Source: a virus (Duplodnaviria; Caudoviricetes). Taken from it: a stretch of DNA of 50,270 nucleotides. Below are positions 18,108 to 25,936 of the stretch, one piece after another. The stretch spans positions 1 to 50,270 of IMG/VR virus record IMGVR_UViG_3300044260_000061. One strand, written 5' to 3'. Numbering within the stretch: position 1 is the first letter of the stretch; each line of letters starts with the position of its first letter. Made by a program: the position numbers and the translations under genes. The notes beneath the pieces are model-generated. The model worked only from the letters and a program-made list of their open reading frames with translations, was not told where the DNA came from and made no database searches.

Positions 18108-19441
18108 GCGAGCACCCTATTCTCGAGCAGCACCTCGTCGGGCCACATCTCCAGCACGCGGAAGTCCGGAAGCATCTCGAGGATCTCGCGGAGGGTGGCT
18201 TGCCCCTCGTAGAGCTCGTCGTCGGACCACTCGGTGTAGAGGTAACGGGTGCGCTCGAGGACGTCGTGCGCCCCGCGGATCATCTCGCGCTCCGCGCCCT
18301 GGATGTCAGCCCAGATGAGCGCGACGTCCCCGACTCCCTCGCGAGCGCAGAAGCTGTCGAGGGTCGTCGTGTGGACTTCGATCGTCTCCCCGAAGGTAAC
18401 GGGGTAGCGCCTGAAGTGGTTCTTGGGCAGCTTGAGCGAGGACGAATAGGTCCACTCGCGCCCCCATCCCCCCCGGCTCAAAACGAACGGTGCCACCCCA
18501 TCGCGGTCCGAAACGGCGAGCTCGTGGACGACGACGTTCGGCCTGGGCGGCTGGGTGTTGCGCGGATCGGGCTCGAAGGCGTGGACCGTGGCCCCCGGGA
18601 CCTGGGCGAGCCATGCTGTGTCGGTGCCCTGGTGCGCCCCGAGTTCGAGGAACACCTTGGCTTCCGGGCGGGCGAACGTGCGCTCGACCCACTCCCGGAT
18701 GGCGAACGGGTTGCGGCTCAGGCGCCGCCCTCGCGCCTCGATCCCGGCGCGCACGCCGCGCGACAGCGCCAGGCAGGAGTCGTAGTCGTCCCCTGCCCTG
18801 GAGATGCCGGCGACGCGCGAGAGCTCCTTGACGCAGCGGCTCCAGGTTGCCGTGGTCCAACGACGCGGATGCTTCGCGTGGAAGGCAACGGGGAAGTCCA
18901 CACAGCAGACCGGCAGGCCATGCGCAGCGAAGACGTGCGGGAGCCAGTAGTCCCAGGCCGGTTGCCCCATGCTGAGGAAGGACTCGGGGAAGAGCGCGCC
19001 GTCGCGGCCGTGGAGGAGGAAGGCGTCGATCCCGTAGTGCTCCCGCGCTGCGGGCGCGGCGGTGCCGTTGTGGTTGTGCCGGATGAAGTAGGCGAGCCCG
19101 CGGTCGGACAGCCAGCGCAGGCGCTGCATCTCCCACGGGGCGAGCCTCAGCTCGAGATCCGCGTTCACCAGGAGGACGGGCGCGTCCTGGTCGCGGGCCC
19201 AGTTCAACAGTGCGTTGATCGGCACGTAGTGGCGGCCGAAGGTCTTGATCGAGGTGTTCTTCACCGGGACGAAGTCCACGTCGTAGAGCTTGGCGAGGGC
19301 GGCGATCTCGGATGGATGGTTGAAGGACCTGACGGAGAGCCCCGCGGACGCCCAGGATCGCAGGGCCAGACGCTGGACCTCCACGCCTCCGTGGGGCGAC
19401 AGCGACGTCAGGGCGTAGATGGGGTCGGGGCTCGGCCTCAC
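18095..19441 (-). CDS. glycosyltransferase-like domain fused to FkbM-family methyltransferase (448 aa)
   Basis: N-half has LLVNADLEL, GIDAFLL and GQPAWDYWLP. C-half has FLELGAHQG (SAM motif), AFEPDP, TTLDSF, DIQGAE and YTE, typical of FkbM. Confidence 0.82.
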   Translation of the reverse strand: MRPSPDPIYALTSLSPHGGVEVQRLALRSWASAGLSVRSFNHPSEIAALAKLYDVDFVPVKNTSIKTFGRHYVPINALLNWARDQDAPVLLVNADLELRLAPWEMQRLRWLSDRGLAYFIRHNHNGTAAPAAREHYGIDAFLLHGRDGALFPESFLSMGQPAWDYWLPHVFAAHGLPVCCVDFPVAFHAKHPRRWTTATWSRCVKELSRVAGISRAGDDYDSCLALSRGVRAGIEARGRRLSRNPFAIREWVERTFARPEAKVFLELGAHQGTDTAWLAQVPGATVHAFEPDPRNTQPPRPNVVVHELAVSDRDGVAPFVLSRGGWGREWTYSSSLKLPKNHFRRYPVTFGETIEVHTTTLDSFCAREGVGDVALIWADIQGAEREMIRGAHDVLERTRYLYTEWSDDELYEGQATLREILEMLPDFRVLEMWPDEVLLENRVLACAS

Positions 19442-19469
19442 GTCTACTCCCCCCGGGGGGTTCGTTTTT

Positions 19470-19528
19470 CGCGGCTGCGCCTCCCGCAGCCCATGGACGG
19501 GCGACTGCGGGAGGGCCAGCGCTTCGCG
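19470..19528. other. intergenic GC-rich hairpin
   Basis: CCTCCCGCAG (19480-19489) pairs with CTGCGGGAGG (19505-19514), with extendable outer arms. No downstream U-tract on either strand. Confidence 0.55.
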
Positions 19529-19553
19529 GGGGCGATGGTCAACGGCTCGCGCC

Positions 19554-20384
19554 TCAGTAGAACGGGAACGCGCGGCCGCTGCCGGAGTTGTAGTAGAGCG
19601 CGACGTCGTTCGCGCTCAGACCACGGGACCAGATGGCGAGGCCGTCCATGACGGTGTTGAGGTACTCGCCGCTTCTTCCTCCGACCGTGAGGTCGGCCGA
19701 CGAAGAGCGCACGTTGTAGGTCAGGTCTCCGCAGGTGAAGGCGGCATTGTTGACGGAGATGCACGCCTGAGCCTTGCCGTAGGGGCCGTAAGGGCTCAAC
19801 TTCCAGACCACGAGGGCCCACTGGTCGAGGGGGATCGCGCTCGCGTAGGTGTAGCTTTGCCCGGTGTCCGTCTCGTCCTCCCAGGCGTCCAATTCCGGTT
19901 TCCCAGCGTTGAGCCGCAGGATGATTCCGGAGCTGTCGCTTGCTGTCCCCGATCCGTCCGTCGTGGCGAGGACGGTCTGCAGCCCTGACGCCGTGCTCTG
20001 GTAGAGCCAGACCGCGACTGTGAAGTACGACGTGAACATGTTCGAGCCGAAGCGCGGGATGCGGAACTGGCTCGACGTGGTGTTGAAGTTGCCGGCGCTG
20101 TAGGAGGATCCCGTCCAAGCCATGTGTGTGGCGTTGCGGTTCACGCCGGCGGCCCCCATCTCGTACAGCGGCGTGTTGGCGTAGGAGCCGAAGCGCGTCG
20201 AGTCGGTCGCCTCTTCGAAGTTCCACCACTCGACCAGGCCGCGGCACAGGACCGACTGCTGCGGGTCGCAGATGCCGACGGCGGCCTCCGCGGGGCGAGG
20301 GGCGAGGGGCGTGTGGGACGGGGCCAGCATGAGCGCGGCGACGATCCCCGCCGCGAGGAGTCCGACCCGGATTGCCTTCTTCAT
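19554..20384 (-). CDS. secreted LamG/concanavalin A-like lectin-domain protein (276 aa)
   Basis: Sec signal MKKAIRVGLLAAGIVAALML...AEA; LVEWWNFEE, FTVAVW, QWALVV, MDGLAIWSRGLS and LYYNSG LamG pattern. Confidence 0.8.
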   Translation of the reverse strand: MKKAIRVGLLAAGIVAALMLAPSHTPLAPRPAEAAVGICDPQQSVLCRGLVEWWNFEEATDSTRFGSYANTPLYEMGAAGVNRNATHMAWTGSSYSAGNFNTTSSQFRIPRFGSNMFTSYFTVAVWLYQSTASGLQTVLATTDGSGTASDSSGIILRLNAGKPELDAWEDETDTGQSYTYASAIPLDQWALVVWKLSPYGPYGKAQACISVNNAAFTCGDLTYNVRSSSADLTVGGRSGEYLNTVMDGLAIWSRGLSANDVALYYNSGSGRAFPFY

Positions 20385-20432
20385 GGTTTCTTTCCTCCCT
20401 TTCCTTCGTTTCGTGTGGAGTGGCCGCAGCGC

Positions 20433-21242
20433 CTACGGGTTGGCAGTGAACGGGTAGGCGCGGCCGGAGCCGGAGTTGCAGAGCCAGGAGACTTCCCCCG
20501 CGCTCAGGGTGCCGGAGAAGATGCTGAGCTGGTCGAACTTGTAGGCTGAGATCCTGTCCATGTTCCCGATCCGGAAGTCGCCCAGGAACACCTGCGGCGG
20601 GTAGGTGATCGTCTGCGTCGTCGCCGCCCCGCCGTTCACGCGGATCCACAGGGTCGACTGATAGGGCTCGGTGGTCGTCGGGCTCGCGTAGATCCCGAAC
20701 GAAACGAAGTACCACGTCGTCGCGCTGAGAGTCGTCGAGTCCTCGACGTAGCTCACAGTGTCGGTCATCGACTGCTTCACGGTGAAGCGGAAGTGGTGGA
20801 CCGAAGACGTGTTTGTGTCGGACAAGTAGGAACCGACCTTCGTCCCGCTGTCGTCATACGTCCCGATGAGAGTGCTCGTGGCCCCGAGCGAGTCGGCGTA
20901 CAACCAGACGTTGGCCGTGAACGACGTGCCAAGCGACGGCGACCGCGGGATGTAGAGGTACTCCGTCCCGGATCCGGTGTCGGGGGCAAGGGAATAGGAG
21001 CCGGTCTTGTGCGTCGACGAGCGGGCGAGGTCGTAGCCTCCCCGCTCGAGGAAGGGCGCCGTCCCCGTCTCGCTGGTCCGGTCGTAGTTCGCGGCCTCCT
21101 CGAACTCGTAGAGGGCGACGAGGGAGGCGCACATCTTCGCCTTGGCGGGGTCGCACAGGGTGTAGGTGCGGTCGGCGGCGCGGGCCGGGAGCGCGAGCGC
21201 CAGGAGCGCGGCGACCGCGTACAGCATGAGTCTCTTCTTCAT
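20433..21242 (-). CDS. secreted LamG-like protein, paralogue of the downstream gene (269 aa)
   Basis: ATG 21242 after AGGAGG; signal MKKRLMLYAVAALLALALPARA; LVALYEFEE, FTANVW, TWYFV, FDQLSIFSGTLS and NSGSGRAYPF. Confidence 0.8.
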   Translation of the reverse strand: MKKRLMLYAVAALLALALPARAADRTYTLCDPAKAKMCASLVALYEFEEAANYDRTSETGTAPFLERGGYDLARSSTHKTGSYSLAPDTGSGTEYLYIPRSPSLGTSFTANVWLYADSLGATSTLIGTYDDSGTKVGSYLSDTNTSSVHHFRFTVKQSMTDTVSYVEDSTTLSATTWYFVSFGIYASPTTTEPYQSTLWIRVNGGAATTQTITYPPQVFLGDFRIGNMDRISAYKFDQLSIFSGTLSAGEVSWLCNSGSGRAYPFTANP

Positions 21243-21308
21243 CGTCTTGTCCTCCTTGTGCGTGTCGGCCATCTCGATCCCCCTCCCCGGGGGTGGTAAA
21301 AAGATTCC

Positions 21309-21346
21309 GCTACCAAGTAGCCACGGGATGTGCTAGGGTTTCCTCC
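21309..21346 (+). promoter_or_regulatory. candidate promoter/operator for the plus-strand two-gene insert
   Basis: Inverted repeat GCTAC-CAA-GTAGC (21309-21321) and extended -10-like TGCTAGGGT just before GTG 21347, possibly leaderless. Confidence 0.4.
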
Positions 21347-21529
21347 GTGGGCACGAAGCGACTGCGGCGGACGGTTTCGGTGTGGGACTGCCGGTGCGAG
21401 AGGTGCGGGCACGAGTGGCGGGCGATGGGGGCGAAGGCGCCGACGTCGTGCGCCCGGTGCAAGAGCAAGAGCTGGAACACGCGGCCCGGGACCGTGAAGC
21501 CGGGGCCGAAGGCGAAGGGGGATCGGTGA
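21347..21529 (+). CDS. small zinc-ribbon protein (60 aa)
   Basis: CERCGHEW...CARCKSKSWN gives two CxxC pairs with a basic tail; its stop overlaps the next start (TGATG). Confidence 0.7.
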   Translation: MGTKRLRRTVSVWDCRCERCGHEWRAMGAKAPTSCARCKSKSWNTRPGTVKPGPKAKGDR

Positions 21530-21714
21530 TGGAAACCGGCCCGATATACGGCATCCTCGGCGTAATCTCCGCCGTGTTGGTTATCCTCTTGCTGGAGCAT
21601 TACGACCCGACGTTTCGGCATAGCAGTAAGTCGCGGAAGCTGGCATGGTTTGTCCCGATCCTCATCGTGTCCAGCTTCATGGTCTGGTTCTTCGAGTGGC
21701 TCAGGTCTCCCTAG
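21529..21714 (+). CDS. small 2-TM membrane protein, candidate immunity protein (61 aa)
   Basis: METGPIYGILGVISAVLVILLL...LAWFVPILIVSSFMVWFF. Visibly AT-richer than the flanks; stop overlaps the convergent gene's stop (CTAG). Confidence 0.7.
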   Translation: METGPIYGILGVISAVLVILLLEHYDPTFRHSSKSRKLAWFVPILIVSSFMVWFFEWLRSP

Positions 21715-22715
21715 CGGTACTGGGTAGGGCATCCGGCCTCGGCCAAGATCTTTCGAGTGGCTGGATCCATCCGAGCATCCATGGCGCTGGCGTTGCTATA
21801 GGCGGCGATACCGAGACCCGAGAGTCCCGCCGCCATGGGGGCTGCAGCAGCGAGGTCGGCCGCGAGGGTGGTGGGCGCTATTAGGACGCCCGTGCCGGTC
21901 CCCAGGATCACGGCCCGTTGGGCTTCCTGCGGGGTCACGCCGCCGCGCGACGCCCAGAACCTCATCGCAGACTGTCCCCAACTGTTCCATACCGTTGCGA
22001 CGTAGTTGTTCGCGTACGACACCGACCGATAAGCCGCACGCGACTTGTTCCCCGTCATCAGCTCCTCGGCAGCGTTGACGAGCTCGGGCCCGTTCGGCGT
22101 GACCTGAACCGTGTATCTGTCGGTTGCGAAGGAGTACGCGGCGTAAAGCAAGGCGGCAGCACCCGCGTACCATACCCAGGTCGGCAACTCTCCGCTGTTG
22201 ACGACGGACTTTGCTTCTGCCGAGGCGCGTGGCGTTGAACCCTGCGATGAGTAGACTGTCCCCCTGTTGGGAGTCGGACACATGGGGCTCACGGGCGCTG
22301 GCGTGGCCACGGGCGCGGGAGTGGCCACTGGCTCTGGCGTCACGGGGGGCGCATCGGGCAGACACGAATACGTGGGCTGGTCCCAGTGCGAGCCGTCAGG
22401 GCACCCGCCCTCGTTCTTGTCTCTCCCGCCACCGCCAGTCGTTCCGTTGTTCCCTCCGGTGGGTGACGGATATCCCTGACCGGCGCCGGAGTGGGGAGGA
22501 CCAGCATTCACGTCTACCTCGACCCGGTGCCCACCCCAGGGATCTGCGCAGTAGACTGCGCATCCCCCCCACGAGCACGCCTCTCCCCAGGGATACGTCC
22601 CCTCTGGGCATATCCCAGGGGGCAACGTGAAGGCCGGCGGTGGAGGTGCCAGCAGAAAGATCATCGCCACGATCACGGCAGTCGAAACACCCTTCATTCG
22701 TCGCATTTCTCTCAT
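21711..22715 (-). CDS. secreted Cys/Pro-rich protein with C-terminal hydrophobic hairpin, candidate toxin (about 334 aa)
   Basis: Signal peptide, Cys-rich and Gly-rich N-region, PVATPA linker, hydrophobic segments WVWYAGAAALLYAAYSF and AVILGTGTGVLIAPTTLAADLAAAAPMAAGLSGLGIAAY. The function is inferred. Confidence 0.6.
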   Translation of the reverse strand: MREMRRMKGVSTAVIVAMIFLLAPPPPAFTLPPGICPEGTYPWGEACSWGGCAVYCADPWGGHRVEVDVNAGPPHSGAGQGYPSPTGGNNGTTGGGGRDKNEGGCPDGSHWDQPTYSCLPDAPPVTPEPVATPAPVATPAPVSPMCPTPNRGTVYSSQGSTPRASAEAKSVVNSGELPTWVWYAGAAALLYAAYSFATDRYTVQVTPNGPELVNAAEELMTGNKSRAAYRSVSYANNYVATVWNSWGQSAMRFWASRGGVTPQEAQRAVILGTGTGVLIAPTTLAADLAAAAPMAAGLSGLGIAAYSNASAMDARMDPATRKILAEAGCPTQYR

Positions 22716-23224
22716 TCCTCCTTCGTTTCCTTCGGGTCGCCCCCCCCGCCTTTTTCGCGCGTCGCCGCCGCGTAACGCGGGCATCCCGGATAGCCGCACC
22801 CCACGTCCCCCAGGAACGAGAGCTGCTGCTCCAAGTCCGTGTTCCGGACCTCCAGCACCGTCGCCCGGTTCTCGAGCAGGGCGATCCGCGGCACCGCCTG
22901 CGCGATGACGTGGACCTCGTTCGTCAGGTTGGTGATCGCCTGCGCCAGATCGCGGAACAGCGTGGCGACGTTGTGGTCCATGGTCCCCAGGCGCTGCTCA
23001 TGCCTGTCGACGAGATCCTCGACGCGCCGGAGCCGCAGGTCCTGACTCGGCCCGCTCCACCCGCGCGACGCGACAAACAGGGCGACGAGTAGCGCGAAGT
23101 TGACGATCGGGAAGCCGATGTCGATGGCCGCCACCGGCGGGGCGATCCCCCTCATCATCGCGAGCAGGACGACGAGGAGAACGACGTTCAACGTCGGCAG
23201 GCCGTAGCTCAGGACTCGCTTCAT
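22712..23224 (-). CDS. 2-TM plus coiled-coil membrane protein (holin/spanin-like, 170 aa)
   Basis: Two N-terminal hydrophobic helices, heptad-rich C-half; lysis region. Confidence 0.6.
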   Translation of the reverse strand: MKRVLSYGLPTLNVVLLVVLLAMMRGIAPPVAAIDIGFPIVNFALLVALFVASRGWSGPSQDLRLRRVEDLVDRHEQRLGTMDHNVATLFRDLAQAITNLTNEVHVIAQAVPRIALLENRATVLEVRNTDLEQQLSFLGDVGCGYPGCPRYAAATREKGGGGDPKETKEE

Positions 23225-23670
23225 CGCTTGGTCTCCGGTGGGGTGTTGTTACGCGCGACGTTGCGCTCCCGCTTCGCGCGGATCGCCTCGGCTCGCGTCA
23301 TCAGCGCCGCGACCTGCTGCGTCAGCCGCGCGCTCTCGTTGCCGTCGGCGACCCACAACTGGTCCCGCACCAGGTCGATGAGCAGCTTCTGGCGGATGAG
23401 CTCGTGGATGAGGCCGTCGACGGCGATGAGCCGGTTTTCGTCGGCCTGGCCCGGCGTCCAGACGTGCAGGCTGTGCCGGATGGCGTCGAGGAGGTAGCGG
23501 ATTGCCTTGCCCTCCAGCTCGCGCTTCTCGCGGGCGGCGCGCCGCTTCCGGGCCCACCGCGTGGCCAGCGCCCAGGCACCGGCGAGGAGGCCGAGGATCG
23601 CCGTGAGGGCCTTCGCCGAACTCTCCAGCTCGACGGTCGTCGGCCAGGCCCAGGCGTGGCTCATCCTCAT
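23221..23670 (-). CDS. single-TM membrane protein (149 aa)
   Basis: ALTAILGLLAGAWALA followed by basic RWARKRR and a helical domain. Confidence 0.6.
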   Translation of the reverse strand: MRMSHAWAWPTTVELESSAKALTAILGLLAGAWALATRWARKRRAAREKRELEGKAIRYLLDAIRHSLHVWTPGQADENRLIAVDGLIHELIRQKLLIDLVRDQLWVADGNESARLTQQVAALMTRAEAIRAKRERNVARNNTPPETKR

Positions 23671-23702
23671 GCGGCCCAGCCCGTCATGTGCCCGCACCGC
23701 AC

Positions 23703-24263
23703 CTACCTGCCGGGCTTCGCGCCTTCGACCTTGGCGGCCGCGACCACCTTGGCGTCGGCCACCTTCTCGGCGGCGACCACCTTCGCGTCTTCGACCTTGG
23801 CGGAGGCTTCCATCTTCGCGGTCTCGACGAGGCGCTCCTCCGGGGTCCAGATGGTGCGGTTCGGCGCCAGGTACGTCGTGTTCGTCTTGTAGTTGCCGTA
23901 ACCCGCCACGCAGGCCGCCCAGGCGATGGCGGCCCACTCCATCCCGATGACCTCGACGCCGCCGGGCGTCTTCTCTGCCTGTGCGGCGGTGTAGAGCGGC
24001 ATGGCTACCGCGAGCGCGAATCCGATGGACGTGAGAATCCTCTTCATCATTGGACTAGCCTCCAAAAAGTCCGCCAACTTCCTTCGGATGAGCACTCCGG
24101 CGATGCGCCACTGGAGCGGCAGCCCCTCCGGCTTCGGGCCGTAGCACTCGAGCATGTAGTTGCTCGTGGCGCGCTGGAGCACGTACAGGTCCCGTGTGGG
24201 ATAGGCATGGCGCAGCTCGGCGAAGTGCTCGAACCAGAGCCGCTCCCACTGCTCGGGTGTCAC
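23703..24263 (-). CDS. holin-like membrane protein with possible internal start at 24050 and C-terminal 11-aa repeats
   Basis: GTG 24263 coupled to the upstream stop; second start MMKRIL after GGAGG; two hydrophobic segments; AKVEDAKVVAA/EKVADAKVVAA/AKVEGAK repeats. Confidence 0.55.
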   Translation of the reverse strand: MTPEQWERLWFEHFAELRHAYPTRDLYVLQRATSNYMLECYGPKPEGLPLQWRIAGVLIRRKLADFLEASPMMKRILTSIGFALAVAMPLYTAAQAEKTPGGVEVIGMEWAAIAWAACVAGYGNYKTNTTYLAPNRTIWTPEERLVETAKMEASAKVEDAKVVAAEKVADAKVVAAAKVEGAKPGR

Positions 24264-24442
24264 TTGGGCGGCGCCAGGTGCACGGCGAGGGCGAACCCCT
24301 CGCGGCCCGTCGCGACGATGCGAAAGAGGCGGGCTCGCAGATCGTCCAGCTTCTCGCGCCACCCGCCGTGATCGCCGAAAGCGAATCGCCGCGGCTTCGA
24401 TCCTGGCGCGCTGTGCTCGTAGACGTAGACCGCGCGCTTCAC
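24260..24442 (-). CDS. hypothetical protein (60 aa)
   Basis: GTG 24442 after GAGGTG; normal composition; stop coupled to the next start. Confidence 0.5.
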   Translation of the reverse strand: MKRAVYVYEHSAPGSKPRRFAFGDHGGWREKLDDLRARLFRIVATGREGFALAVHLAPPK

Positions 24443-24508
24443 TCGATCACCACCTCTCCGCGCACTCCGGCCCGCGGCGTGCACGACGGGCCCCCGCGAG
24501 TCGATCGG

Positions 24509-25936
24509 TCACGGGACGACCACCGATCCGCACGCCTTCCCGCTCTGGTCGCAGACCTTGACGGTGCCGCGGCCCATGTAGATCGCCTGCGCCGGGTTCG
24601 TGTTCGTCGTGCCGGCACACTCGCAGTTCCCCGGGACACGGCACGGGAACACCTCGACAGTCGGGCTCTCCGCTGACCAGACGGGGACGCCGAAGACGCG
24701 CCGCTCGCACGCTTCTCGGTCGGCGGCGCCCTCCTGGCGGACGGGACAGAAGGAGCGGCCGTCGGTGAAGCCGATGCGCGCGCAGTACTCGCGCCCCTCG
24801 ACCAGGCCCGTCGAGTCGAGGTTGGCGCAGAACGCCTGATGGATCTTGACGTTGAAGCGCGCCGCGGGAGGGGGTGCCGGCTCGCCGCATCCATCGCCCG
24901 CCGGGGCGGCGTAGGCTCCGCGGACGGCCTGCGGCGACCAGACCACCGTCCCGGGGCCCGAGGGTGGCCCGGCGTAGACGTGCCAGCCCTCGCGGGGAGT
25001 CGTGATCGAGGTGGCGACCGCGATCTCGTCAGTCTCCGGCGTGTGCTGGCCGGAGCAGAGCGCGGCCGCGCGGAGCTCGGCGATCACCTGGGCCTGCCAC
25101 TCCTGGCGCCCGACGTCGAGGACGCACCTCCCGCCGACCTCGCAGTCGGGGCGGCGCCGGAGCATCGCGGCGTTGACGGCATCGCCGAGCGCGTTGTGGT
25201 AGCCCTCGATCGCCGCCCCGGGCTCGCCGTCAATCGAGCAACCGGTCGGCGGCGGGGTGGGAAGAGGCGTCGGGGTCGGGGTAGGCGAGGGGGTGGGGAC
25301 CGGCGTCGGAGTCGGGACCGGTGTCGGCGTCGGCCCTGGAGTCGGCGACGGCGTCGGCGTCCCGCAGGCCTCGGCTTGCCGGCGGGCCTCCGTGCACAGG
25401 GACGAATCCGGGACCGCCGCGCAGGTTGCGACCGCGGCGTCCTTCAGCTTCGAGCACTCGTCGGGGCAGCCCCGGGCACCGACCAGGAACGGCAGCGCGA
25501 GGGCGATCAGCAGGAACGCCCCCCCTTGCGTCTTTGACCGCGGCACCTCGACACCCTCCCTCTCCATCACGACCGCCCACGCGATCACGGCCATGAGCGG
25601 CAGCGCCGTGACGACGATCGCCTGCCCGCCGCTCCACCAGTACGCCCCGCCCGTCACCACATGGAGCGCGAACTCGCCCACGAAGAGCCCGGCCACTGGC
25701 ACGCGCGCGAGGCGCCAGCGCCGGCGCGGACGGATGCCGATCCAGTTCCAGATCCGGTCCGAGAACGTCGCGCCGGGCGCGTGGTTGACGACGGCCCACA
25801 GCTCCATGACCAGGAACGCCGCGAGCCAGTACGTCCACTGAGCGGCGACCTGGCCCCGCGCGAAGGACCAGACCATCGCGCCGCAGAAGGCCGCAAGGAT
25901 CAGGATCGGGAACGGGCCGGGGCGCCGCGGGCTCAC
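24509..25936 (-). CDS. multi-TM domain fused to Cys-rich lipoprotein-like domain with Pro/Thr linker (475 aa)
   Basis: GTG 25936 (GTGA overlap); about 4 TM helices; then MPRSKTQGGAFLLIALALPFLVGARG-C, a PT repeat and a Cys-rich domain (YCARIGFTDGRSFCPVRQEG). Confidence 0.7.
   Translation of the reverse strand: MSPRRPGPFPILILAAFCGAMVWSFARGQVAAQWTYWLAAFLVMELWAVVNHAPGATFSDRIWNWIGIRPRRRWRLARVPVAGLFVGEFALHVVTGGAYWWSGGQAIVVTALPLMAVIAWAVVMEREGVEVPRSKTQGGAFLLIALALPFLVGARGCPDECSKLKDAAVATCAAVPDSSLCTEARRQAEACGTPTPSPTPGPTPTPVPTPTPVPTPSPTPTPTPLPTPPPTGCSIDGEPGAAIEGYHNALGDAVNAAMLRRRPDCEVGGRCVLDVGRQEWQAQVIAELRAAALCSGQHTPETDEIAVATSITTPREGWHVYAGPPSGPGTVVWSPQAVRGAYAAPAGDGCGEPAPPPAARFNVKIHQAFCANLDSTGLVEGREYCARIGFTDGRSFCPVRQEGAADREACERRVFGVPVWSAESPTVEVFPCRVPGNCECAGTTNTNPAQAIYMGRGTVKVCDQSGKACGSVVVP
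25245..25361 (-). repeat. Pro-Thr coding repeat (linker)
   Basis: TPTPSPTPGPTPTPVPTPTPVPTPSPTPTPTPLPTPPPT encoded by degenerate 6-bp units. Confidence 0.85.

Noticed and set aside
19554-20480. Similar 3' ends of the two LamG genes as a DGR template/variable repeat pair
   Set aside because: Differences are not adenine-specific, both copies are coding, and I see no reverse transcriptase gene.
23705-23815. 33-bp repeats as a DNA-level element
   Set aside because: They encode an 11-aa amphipathic protein repeat in frame; a protein-level explanation suffices.
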